Of a stretch of DNA of 53,114 nt, positions 1 to 8,281 are shown in pieces. Position 1 is the first letter of the stretch. Each line of letters begins with the position of its first letter. The DNA is from an uncultured Bacteroidales bacterium. Lineage in GTDB: Bacteria; Bacteroidota; Bacteroidia; Bacteroidales; UBA12077. The stretch covers positions 1 through 53,114 of the forward strand of contig CAZDCZ010000005.1 of NCBI GenBank assembly GCA_964504155.1. Direction: 5' to 3'. The position numbers and the translations under genes are program-made. The notes under the pieces were generated by a model, which worked only from the letters and a program-made list of their open reading frames with translations, had not been told where the DNA came from and did no database searches.

Positions 1-118
1 AATTATATCATAAAATGCTTTTATTTTTACTTATAATCGAGTAAGTTTATATTTTGGGATATATATGCATTAGTTAGGCAAAATTAGGGTGCGAAATATA
101 AAATAAAAGGATACGAAA

Positions 119-1174
119 ATGAAAATAATTAGAAACACAATGCCTATTTCGGATTTTTATCAGAAGATGAAGTCCGGAGACTTAGTTATTAATAGAAGCT
201 ATCAACGTTCAAAAGGACTATGGCCAAATAATGCAAGAACATATTTCATTGATACAATTTTAAATGATTTTCCATTTCCAAAGGTTGTATTGAGAGATAT
301 TATGGATTTAAAGACAAGAAAAACAAAAAGAGAAATCATCGATGGGCAACAACGTTTAACTACAATTAGAGATTTTATTGATAACAAATATATGTTATCA
401 AGAGTAAGTAAAAAATTTAACGGAATGTATTTTGATGATTTAGATGAAATTAATCAATCTTCATTCTTATCTTATGAAGTGTCTGTGGATATTGTTATTT
501 CTGCATCAGAAGAAGAGATTTTAGAAATTTTCAGACGGATTAATTCATATACTTTACCGTTAAATACAGCGGAAAAAAGACACGCTACATATCAAGGAGA
601 GTTTAAATGGTTTATTAATGATTTAACTGACCTGATGACACCATTTTTTGAAAAATTTAAAGTTCTTACTTTAAGAGATATTTCAAGAATGATGGATGCT
701 GATTTGATAACGGAATGTTCACAAATAATAATAGAAGGGATACATAACCGTTCTTCCTCTAAATTAGAAGTTCTTTACAGAACGTATGATAAAGATTTTG
801 AAATTAAAGAAGAATTAAAAGAAAAACTTACAGAAAGTTATAATTTTATAAAAAACAATTTATCAGAGTTGTTTGAAACATTCTCAATTCCTTCTTATCA
901 ATTTTATACGTTTATTGGAGCATTAATTTTTAATAAATACGGAATACCTGATGAGAAAAATGATTTAAGTGATTATTCAACTATTAATTCATTCTCGAAC
1001 CTTAATGAGCGTGTTTTTCGAGAATTAAACATCCTTTTCAATGAATTAGATGAAAAGGATGAAAAGGGTAAATATATAGACTTTGTTAAAGCTTCTATTT
1101 CAACAACTCAAAGTTATAAGAATAGATTAACCCGAATAAAAACACTTATTTCAATTTTACAAAACAATGATTGA
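119..1174 (+). CDS. DUF262 (GmrS/ParB-like) domain protein, 351 aa, no obvious C-terminal HNH/DUF1524 domain
   Basis: DUF262 hallmarks: 'RSYQRSKGLW', 'FIDTILNDFPFP', 'EIIDGQQRLTTI', 'EIFRRINS...LNTAEKR'. Confidence 0.85.
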   Translation: MKIIRNTMPISDFYQKMKSGDLVINRSYQRSKGLWPNNARTYFIDTILNDFPFPKVVLRDIMDLKTRKTKREIIDGQQRLTTIRDFIDNKYMLSRVSKKFNGMYFDDLDEINQSSFLSYEVSVDIVISASEEEILEIFRRINSYTLPLNTAEKRHATYQGEFKWFINDLTDLMTPFFEKFKVLTLRDISRMMDADLITECSQIIIEGIHNRSSSKLEVLYRTYDKDFEIKEELKEKLTESYNFIKNNLSELFETFSIPSYQFYTFIGALIFNKYGIPDEKNDLSDYSTINSFSNLNERVFRELNILFNELDEKDEKGKYIDFVKASISTTQSYKNRLTRIKTLISILQNND

Positions 1175-1802
1175 TTTAAGACACAAAAAACAAAGAATAG
1201 TTCAGTCATTAGATAATTATCGACCTTTATACCAATCAACTTGGTCACCTGAAAGAAATAAATTATCATATACGGCTGGTGTATTGAATTCAATATGGAA
1301 TATTTGGAATAATTTTTGGCGGGAATATTGGATATCACATACAATAGGTGGTTTATATGTAAATGGTAGTCCCATTATTCCTATCCAAGCAAATTATTCA
1401 AAAGGGCAAGCTATATTCTTTTTGTTAATTAAAATTGGAAAACTGAAGCAGAGTAGATTAGGAGATAGTATAACAGGTACTCATCAAGAACCAACCTGGG
1501 GAGATATAATTATTATTGAGAAATTAGCGATTGAATTATTACAGTTTCATCCACATTTGCAACAATTACTAAATTTGATTGGTTATTACAGATTACAAGT
1601 TAAGCATTTCCAACAAATAAGAAATAGTTTCATTCATTTAAATAATGAAAATATTTCAAAATTGAACAATATTCAGAGTAGATATGTATTTAACTCATCA
1701 CAAAAACTTATTAATATATTAGAAGCAAATAAATTGGGAAGTAATGAAACTTGCTTTGAAGATTTAGTAGATAATATGAAAGGACTTGTTTTAAATATGT
1801 AA
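1167..1802 (+). CDS. Putative HEPN-domain protein (RxxxxH motif), 211 aa
   Basis: Start overlaps the DUF262 stop by 8 nt (ATGATTGA). Predicted helical, with 'QQIRNSFIH' (R-X4-H, nt 1620-1637) near the C-terminus. Confidence 0.6.
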   Translation: MIDLRHKKQRIVQSLDNYRPLYQSTWSPERNKLSYTAGVLNSIWNIWNNFWREYWISHTIGGLYVNGSPIIPIQANYSKGQAIFFLLIKIGKLKQSRLGDSITGTHQEPTWGDIIIIEKLAIELLQFHPHLQQLLNLIGYYRLQVKHFQQIRNSFIHLNNENISKLNNIQSRYVFNSSQKLINILEANKLGSNETCFEDLVDNMKGLVLNM

Positions 1803-1809
1803 TAACTGT

Positions 1810-1940
1810 GCCCAACAAAAAATATAGTGCATGCCGCAATTAGTTGTAAATATAAAAGTTATAGAACAAAATAAAGATTGTCGTAACCTGAAAAATAACT
1901 GTTTCAAACTGCGGCACGCACCATATTCAAACCGTTATTT
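1810..1940 (+). other. attC-like recombination site (imperfect inverted repeat)
   Basis: GCCCAAC (RYYYAAC) at 1810-1816, 8 nt after the ORF stop. Arms ATATAGTGCATGCCGCA (1822-1838) and TGCGGCACGCACCATAT (1910-1926) are 15/17 complementary. GTT core at 1934-1936. Total 131 bp. Confidence 0.6.
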
Positions 1941-1956
1941 ATAAAAATATACAATT

Positions 1957-2682
1957 ATGTTAAAAAGGTCTGATATATTTAAAGTTATTTTTATACTAGT
2001 TATTGTGTTTTCTTATACTAGTGTTACGGCTCAAAAAGATAAATTTGTGAGTCTTAGAAAACGAATGGTACGCGAACAAATTGTTGCTAGAGGAATTAAG
2101 TCTCCAAAATTAATTAAAGCAATGAATAAAGTTCCAAGGCATATGTTTATTCCCGATAATTATAAGTTAATGGCGTATGAAGATAGTCCATTACCAATTG
2201 GCAGAGGACAAACAATATCTCAGCCTTATATTGTTGCTCTTATGACCGATAAGCTTAAATTAAATAAGGATATGAAAGTTCTTGAGATAGGGACAGGTTC
2301 AGGATATCAGGCAGCTATTTTAGCAGAAATATGTAAAAGTGTTTATTCTATCGAGATAATAGAAGAATTAGCTAATAGAGCTAAGAACATTTTAGATACT
2401 TTAAATTATACTAATATTCATATTAAAATAGGTGATGGTTATAAAGGCTGGAAAAAATACGCTCCATACGATGCAATAATTGTTACATGTGCCCCTAATA
2501 ATATTCCAAATGCTTTAAAAAACCAATTATCCGAAGGAGGAAAAATGATTATTCCGGTGGGAGGAAGCATAGCTCAGGAATTAATTCTTTTAGAGAAGAA
2601 AAATGGAAAATTATTAAAGAAATTTGTGGCTCCTGTACGTTTTGTGCCTATGGTAAAAAATAACGGCAGAATCATTGATTAG
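1957..2682 (+). CDS. pcm: Protein-L-isoaspartate(D-aspartate) O-methyltransferase with N-terminal signal-peptide-like extension
   Basis: 'AYEDSPLPIGRGQTISQPYIVA', SAM motif 'VLEIGTGSGYQAAILA', 'APYDAIIVT', 'VRFVPM'. Confidence 0.93.
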   Translation: MLKRSDIFKVIFILVIVFSYTSVTAQKDKFVSLRKRMVREQIVARGIKSPKLIKAMNKVPRHMFIPDNYKLMAYEDSPLPIGRGQTISQPYIVALMTDKLKLNKDMKVLEIGTGSGYQAAILAEICKSVYSIEIIEELANRAKNILDTLNYTNIHIKIGDGYKGWKKYAPYDAIIVTCAPNNIPNALKNQLSEGGKMIIPVGGSIAQELILLEKKNGKLLKKFVAPVRFVPMVKNNGRIID

Positions 2683-2898
2683 AAAGGTTAATAAATAATT
2701 CTTAATCTAAAGAATATCCTAATCATTAAATATTATAGTTAGCTGCAAGCAGGAGAAACGAAACAGAATGATAAATTTGCTACAAGAAAATAAAGAATTA
2801 GAAAGCCACCGCACAAATTGCACGACTTGTTCCGATTTTTCGGAATTTATTTTTTTGTCGACACACAGGCTAATACAAAAAAAATAAAAGTACAACTA

Positions 2899-4299
2899 TT
2901 ATTTTGTAACTCTATCTGTTCGTTCTGTTTTTGCCGGTCTTTCAACTTTATTATTTTCTTCTTTTTGTTTTACTTTATTATTTATACTATTTGTAAAATT
3001 AAAAGCTGTACTATAAGCATTAAATTCAAATTTGCATTTTGTATTTTCAGAAGTAGAACCTTCATAGAGATGATTGTTATTTTCTATGATATTTGATTCC
3101 TTAATTTTAATTCTCTCTATTGGGAATTTTACACTGCCATATGTAGTTTTATACGATATCTTAAAATCGATATTTTTATCTAATTTAAGATTAACAGAAC
3201 CATATTTAAATTCTCCTGAGAAATTCTCGAATTTCGGTCCTGTAGTGCCGAAATTTAGTTTACTTGTGTAAACATTTCCCATATTTATTGATTTTCCAAT
3301 TGATGTAAATCTAATATTATCGTATTTCGATTCATCGCAAGAGAAACTTTCAACGGCGCCTAGTTTAATATCTGTATCATAAATATCAGATACTTCTAAA
3401 GTATTTACATTGTGGGCTTGTAAATTTGAGTATTTTGCAGAATAAGTAATTTTATTAATGTTTTTTGCCTTAATATCAGAATCATAAACATCAATTTTAA
3501 GTTCTTCGAAATTGCCTTCGTTTTCGAAATAAGAATATTTAGCCTGACCTATTAACAGTTTTGTTAAATTTTTCATTCTAAATTTGTCGTTATAAGATGT
3601 TGTAGCGATAGATTCAACATTATTAATATTAAATTCAGAATATTTCGAATTAGCAGAAAAAGTAATTATATCATTAACATTAATTTTGCAATTATACACG
3701 TCGAATTTAGCGGTTTTGCCTTTTCCAATATCGACCGAACTATATTTCATGTCGAAAACTCCGGTTCCAAAGCTAACAAGTGTAAGATTAACATCATATA
3801 GGTTAAAATTTATATTTCCTTTTAATGCTGCAATTTCAATAGTATTATATTTGCTTCGTAAGTTAAAAGCTACGCTTTCCGGAATCCAGAGAGTATATTT
3901 TACTTTATAATTAGCAATTTTAATTGATTTGCCGTTTACTAATGTTATTTTTTTTAGAAAGCCAATAGAAATAGTTTTAGTGGCCATGTCAGTTTCTATT
4001 TTTAAAGAATTAGAACTTTGCGATACTTCCGGGTTTTTAAATACCTGAATTAATTTCTCCTGATCTTCTTTATTTCCTCCTTCTATTATTATTTCTCCGA
4101 GAAGTTTTACTTCATCGTTTTTCCAGGTATTTATTTTTAAGTCGGTATCGTAACATGAAAAAGTAAATTTGCCGGTAGATTTTAATTTATACAATTTTTC
4201 AAACGATTCTTTTTGGTTATTGGCAATGCCCGGATTTATTGATGTTACAACAATAAGTATTGTAATAAATATTTTAGATATTTGTTTCACTGTTTTCAT
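2899..4299 (-). CDS. Exported beta-strand-repeat protein (DUF4097/adhesin-like) of an ECF sigma locus
   Basis: N-terminal signal peptide; repeated 'SKYS/AKYS...DVY..I' beta-rich units; overlaps the upstream anti-sigma-like gene. Confidence 0.55.
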   Translation of the reverse strand: MKTVKQISKIFITILIVVTSINPGIANNQKESFEKLYKLKSTGKFTFSCYDTDLKINTWKNDEVKLLGEIIIEGGNKEDQEKLIQVFKNPEVSQSSNSLKIETDMATKTISIGFLKKITLVNGKSIKIANYKVKYTLWIPESVAFNLRSKYNTIEIAALKGNINFNLYDVNLTLVSFGTGVFDMKYSSVDIGKGKTAKFDVYNCKINVNDIITFSANSKYSEFNINNVESIATTSYNDKFRMKNLTKLLIGQAKYSYFENEGNFEELKIDVYDSDIKAKNINKITYSAKYSNLQAHNVNTLEVSDIYDTDIKLGAVESFSCDESKYDNIRFTSIGKSINMGNVYTSKLNFGTTGPKFENFSGEFKYGSVNLKLDKNIDFKISYKTTYGSVKFPIERIKIKESNIIENNNHLYEGSTSENTKCKFEFNAYSTAFNFTNSINNKVKQKEENNKVERPAKTERTDRVTK

Positions 4300-4798
4300 A
4301 ATTTTTCTCCTTTTCTATTTCATTTAGCATTCTGTCTAATAGTCTAATTTTTTTATAATAAAGATCCATTAACGAATTTATTAATTTGGGATTGGGGCCA
4401 TTTCGTTTTAAATCAATTGAATATTGATTAATTAAAGTGTCAATATATTCGAGATCGTTAAAACTATTTGTTAACAAATATTTATTGTAATTAGTGCTTT
4501 GTAGAACTTTGTAGTAAGTTTTAATTTGTTTTTGTAATTGAATTTCTTGTTTTGCTAGTTTTGGGTCGATATTAGCTAATATTAATTGTTGATTATTACG
4601 TATAGATATTAATTGATATGAAATAACAGACAAAGCTAAAACAATAACAATAGAGGCTGCTATTTTAAAAACCATAAACCTATTAGTTTTCTTTTTATTG
4701 ATTATAGATTGTACTATTCCTGTCCATAAATAATCTTCATTAGGTGTTTCTACATCTAACTTGTGTCTGTTTTTACTTATATATTCATTAAAATTCAT
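4274..4798 (-). CDS. Putative anti-sigma factor-like single-pass membrane protein
   Basis: 'LDVETPNEDYLWTGI' followed by one TM helix ('IAASIVIVLALSVISY'); directly downstream of an ECF sigma gene. Confidence 0.65.
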   Translation of the reverse strand: MNFNEYISKNRHKLDVETPNEDYLWTGIVQSIINKKKTNRFMVFKIAASIVIVLALSVISYQLISIRNNQQLILANIDPKLAKQEIQLQKQIKTYYKVLQSTNYNKYLLTNSFNDLEYIDTLINQYSIDLKRNGPNPKLINSLMDLYYKKIRLLDRMLNEIEKEKNYENSETNI

Positions 4799-4870
4799 AT
4801 CTAATTAAAATTTAATTGTTTAAAGCATTTTGTTTAATTCGTATATTTAATGAATTAAGTGCTTTATATA

Positions 4871-5422
4871 TTATAATGTACTTATATGTTTGCATAATTT
4901 CTCTTTTAACAAGTGTTTTGCACGTTGATATTGAGATTTTGATGTTGACTCAGAAATTCCTAACATATTCGAAATTTCTTTGTGCTTATAACCTTCAAGT
5001 AAATAAAGGTTTAGAACAACTCTTGCTTTTTCCGGAAGAGTTTTTATTGTTTTATGCACTATTGCAGGATCGATATTCGGAAAATCTTCATTTGTATCAT
5101 CATCTGAAACAATTTGCATGTCATCAATATCAGAAAACAAATATTTCTTCTTTCTCAAGAAGGTAATTGAGTTATTAATAACAATCCGTTTTAACCATAA
5201 TCCAAAAGATGAATCGCCACGAAAATTCTCTAAATTATTAAAAGCCTTAATAAATGATTCTTGTATAATATCTTCTGCATCGTAATGGTTAGAAACCATT
5301 CTAATACACGTATTATACATTGTCTGTACATATAATTTATACAGACGGTACATCGATTGCTGATTGCCTTTGCAAGCAGTTTCAATTAATTTTTCTTGTA
5401 TTTCAATAATATTTTTACCCAA
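4871..5422 (-). CDS. RNA polymerase ECF-type sigma-70 factor
   Basis: Region 2 'DAEDIIQESFIKAF...FGLWLKRIVIN'; region 4 'LPEKARVVLNLYLLEGYKHKEISNMLGISESTSKSQ'. Confidence 0.92.
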   Translation of the reverse strand: MGKNIIEIQEKLIETACKGNQQSMYRLYKLYVQTMYNTCIRMVSNHYDAEDIIQESFIKAFNNLENFRGDSSFGLWLKRIVINNSITFLRKKKYLFSDIDDMQIVSDDDTNEDFPNIDPAIVHKTIKTLPEKARVVLNLYLLEGYKHKEISNMLGISESTSKSQYQRAKHLLKEKLCKHISTL

Positions 5423-5865
5423 ATCTTACTTATTTTACTTTATAGACAACACAAAATAGAAATAGTTGGAAAGATTACTACATATTTTAATGTTGATAAA
5501 CTAAAATTACAAATTTAGAAGGAGTTTAAAAATTTTTCGAATAGGATAGTTGTAATTAACTATATTTACTTGCATCCGAAACTTGATATTTTTGTTTAAT
5601 TGTTGAGTGCTTATTTGTTTATATTTATCTGTAAAATAATAATGTAGAATATTTTATTGAATTATTCAAATAATCAATTTAAACGAATAAAAAAGATTTT
5701 GAGTAATAATATATGAAAGTACTAATTTCGATAATAATATTGTAATACCTAATAACCAGATGTTTACAATAATGTAGAATTATTTTGAAACCTTACTTTT
5801 AGTATAATATTTATTACTGTTTTGAAACAGAATCCGATATTTTAAATTGTTTGATGCTAACGAAA

Positions 5866-6367
5866 TTAATATAGCTTTTTTAATATTTTATTTGCTCTAG
5901 ATTTGAATCCTGCCGAGTTTCTATTTATATGAGTTTCGAGAATGGCAATAAATTCAGGAAAATATTTTAAATTTTTATCTATTACTTACATACTGTGTAT
6001 TTTTACTGCAACAGGGATATCTGAATCCTGAATTTGATTAAAACATCTATCTAGAATCATTTCTAATTGATTTTCTGATAGTTGACAAACAAAAAGAATT
6101 TTTGTTAAATTACGACGCAAGGAATTATTATCTGTATTGTAAAAAATAGAGATAAGTGTATCGAGGTGAGGAGAAGCAATTTTGGGATGTTTGCAAATTA
6201 AAATTTCTAAAATCCAACAAGCACGAAATTTTAAGTAAGGAACATCACTGTATAGGAGTTTAATAACATTATTAACCAAATCTAAATTGTGCTCGATAAT
6301 ACTTAACTACATAATCTGTATTTCTTCGAGAGCATTCGGCAAGTAATTGATCTGAAAGAGTTTCCAT
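5866..6367 (-). pseudogene. Disrupted conserved hypothetical helical-repeat protein
   Basis: ATG at 6367 reads METLSDQLLAECSRRNTDYVV, then a frameshift near 6300 into IIEHNLDLVNNVIKLL... An in-frame TAA at 5986-5988 is followed by more plausible coding sequence (VIDKNLKYFPEF...KILKKLY*) to 5866. Confidence 0.6.
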
Positions 6368-6388
6368 GTAACTATATAAACAATAAAA

Positions 6389-6419
6389 TCAATCTGCTGA
6401 TTACTATACAGCAGATTGA
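6389..6419 (-). terminator. Hairpin, likely terminator of the 6433-7401 gene
   Basis: Perfect 11-bp inverted repeat TCAATCTGCTG / CAGCAGATTGA just past the stop codon. Confidence 0.55.
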
Positions 6420-6432
6420 AAAATATGAAAGT

Positions 6433-7401
6433 TTAAATATTCTTTCGTAATCCAAAAGCTACAGCTACATATCTGTTTCCAACAACATCGCTTTTATAAA
6501 CAGGTATTTTTACTTTAAGATAGGCTGATTGTAAGAAATTACTTATTGTTTCGAGTCCGTTGACTCCAAATGTATATTCAAGTTCGGTTGATATATCGCA
6601 TAAAATTACTGTAGATTGAAATAAGTCATCATCGAATTTGTAAGTAGGAGTGTTGTCGGAATAAATAGTTTCAATATCGTAATGTCCGCTACCAAAATAG
6701 TTTAATAAAGCAGCACCGCTAATGTGTAGTTCATCTAAAATAGGATAGTCATAATTTCCATTAATTGATAGTATTGAAGGACTTTTTATTCGGTTTGTCG
6801 ATTCTGAAGTTCTTCCGGCAAAAGTATATTTTGTTATTGTTTTGTTGTAAGTATTTAGTCGGTAATTAATTGATGCATAAAAAATTCCTTTATTAATCTT
6901 GCCGTTTACCGAAAAATTTGCTGTTACTCCAAATGATCCTGTTCCTAGAGGAATTGGAACATTATTTACTTCTTTTTCATCGTCTCCGGTAGGTAAGGTT
7001 ATCTCAAAAGACCCATTTGCCATAAATCCTTCCTTAATAAAATTTTGTTTTATATATGTTCCTCCAATGGTTAAATCGCCAATACCACGAGCTTTTTCAT
7101 TTAACGATTCTTTTTTCGTAATAATTGGTAAAAATGCATTAAATGTCCATGATTCAAGTTTTTTATTTTTATAATGAAATGGAATATTAAAACTGCTTAA
7201 TTTATGAGTTATAAGCATTTCTGTTCCAATACTAAAATTTTTGTCTGAAAGATAAAAATTGTTTATTTCTTGAGAAAATTCGGCATTAGTCGAAATTGTA
7301 TTTGATGGATCTTTTACAATATGATCGGCACCTTCTTCGTACTGAGCAAATAAGTTTGTTGCTAACAATGTACAGATAATTAAAATAAGTGTTTTTTTCA
7401 T
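6433..7401 (-). CDS. Exported outer-membrane beta-barrel/transporter-like protein (likely start 7401, not 7557)
   Basis: Signal peptide MKKTLILIICTLLATNLFA|Q; 'GIGDLTIG', 'LPTG', 'LGTGS' motifs; alternating-residue strands; C-terminal 'VAVAFGLRKNI'. Confidence 0.6.
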   Translation of the reverse strand: MKKTLILIICTLLATNLFAQYEEGADHIVKDPSNTISTNAEFSQEINNFYLSDKNFSIGTEMLITHKLSSFNIPFHYKNKKLESWTFNAFLPIITKKESLNEKARGIGDLTIGGTYIKQNFIKEGFMANGSFEITLPTGDDEKEVNNVPIPLGTGSFGVTANFSVNGKINKGIFYASINYRLNTYNKTITKYTFAGRTSESTNRIKSPSILSINGNYDYPILDELHISGAALLNYFGSGHYDIETIYSDNTPTYKFDDDLFQSTVILCDISTELEYTFGVNGLETISNFLQSAYLKVKIPVYKSDVVGNRYVAVAFGLRKNI

Positions 7402-7516
7402 GATAATAATGTTAGTGAATATTAATATAAATATAATACAATTTTTTGAATAATTAACTTGTTTAAAAATTCTTAAACTTATTATATTAACTGTCTTAGA
7501 ATCGAATATTTGAACC

Positions 7517-7561
7517 ATTTCTGTATAATTATCCGAATAAAGCAAATCGAAGTGCATTCTA
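7517..7561. repeat. Copy 1 of a ~45-bp imperfect direct repeat
   Basis: ATTTCTGTATAATTATCCGAATAAAGCAAATCGAAGTGCATTCTA differs from 8914-8957 by one indel and two substitutions. Confidence 0.85.
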
Positions 7562-7596
7562 TTTACCCGTAGGGCTAATTATAGTTTTTGCTGGCA

Positions 7597-7613
7597 ATGT
7601 CCTATAATGTACT
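7597..7613 (+). other. dif-like half site (XerC-type arm plus spacer; XerD arm degenerate)
   Basis: ATGTCCTATAA-TGTACT matches the left arm of the dif at 9045 (TTGTCCTATAA). Both are preceded by TTTGCTGG (7587-7594 and 9034-9041). Confidence 0.5.
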
Positions 7614-7633
7614 TGCATTATATTTAGATTAAT

Positions 7634-8089
7634 ATGAGTGAAAAGAAAGATATATTAATAAAAATATTAGAAATAAATGAGATTTCATTTAATAACAAAT
7701 CTCTTCCAATTCCAGTTGAAGAAGTTGAGTTTGGTAAAAATCTAGTATATGGACTTGGAATTAATTTGGATTTTGATTTTAAAAATGAAATTTTAAAACT
7801 AAAACTTTTATTAAACTATACGCTCAATGAGCTAAATGAATCAGTTTTACAGTTAGAAACTGAAATTGTTTTTCATATTAAAAATCTTAATAAGGCTATT
7901 GTACCAAATACTGAAGAGAAAGAAGTTAATATTAACGATGATCTGCTTTCAACTTTATTAGGTGTTAGTATTGGTTCTGCAAGGGGGATTCTTTCAACAA
8001 AAACAAAAGGCACATCTTTAGTTATATTTCCCTTACCAATTATAAATGTAAAGGAAGTTCTAAAGCAAATAAAAAATCAAAATAAGTAA
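7634..8089 (+). CDS. SecB-like chaperone (orphan)
   Basis: 151 aa; beta-rich N-half and C-terminal 'SIGSARGILSTKTKGTSLVIFPLPIINVKEVL', typical of SecB-like/TAC chaperones. Confidence 0.6.
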   Translation: MSEKKDILIKILEINEISFNNKSLPIPVEEVEFGKNLVYGLGINLDFDFKNEILKLKLLLNYTLNELNESVLQLETEIVFHIKNLNKAIVPNTEEKEVNINDDLLSTLLGVSIGSARGILSTKTKGTSLVIFPLPIINVKEVLKQIKNQNK

Positions 8090-8150
8090 TTGTACTTTTT
8101 TACAGTAAAATACTTCTTCTTTGTGTTTTAAAATTTAAGAATTGAATATT

Positions 8151-8281
8151 GAGTCCACTCCGAAAAGTTGCTAAGCGGTTAACTTTACAAAAAGGCTGAA
8201 AGTTATAAATCTGTACGTCAGTTTGTTATAAATCCGATATGCGGCTATAAATTTGACAACTTTAGTTTTCGGAGTAGTCTC
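8151..8281. mobile_element. 131-bp MITE-like element
   Basis: Terminal inverted repeats GAGTCCACTCCGAAAA (8151-8166) and TTTTCGGAGTAGTCTC (8266-8281), 14/16; AATATT flanks both sides (8145-8150, 8282-8287); no coding capacity. Confidence 0.7.

Noticed and set aside
1938-1965. TTATGTTAAAA (10/11 to a XerD arm) at the pcm start
   Set aside because: It is the ATG-TTA-AAA start of pcm in AT-rich DNA, with no XerC-like arm at the right spacing.
7402-7557. 52-aa N-terminal extension of the 6433 ORF given in the track
   Set aside because: The upstream ATG lies inside the 45-bp repeat; a clean signal peptide starts at 7401.
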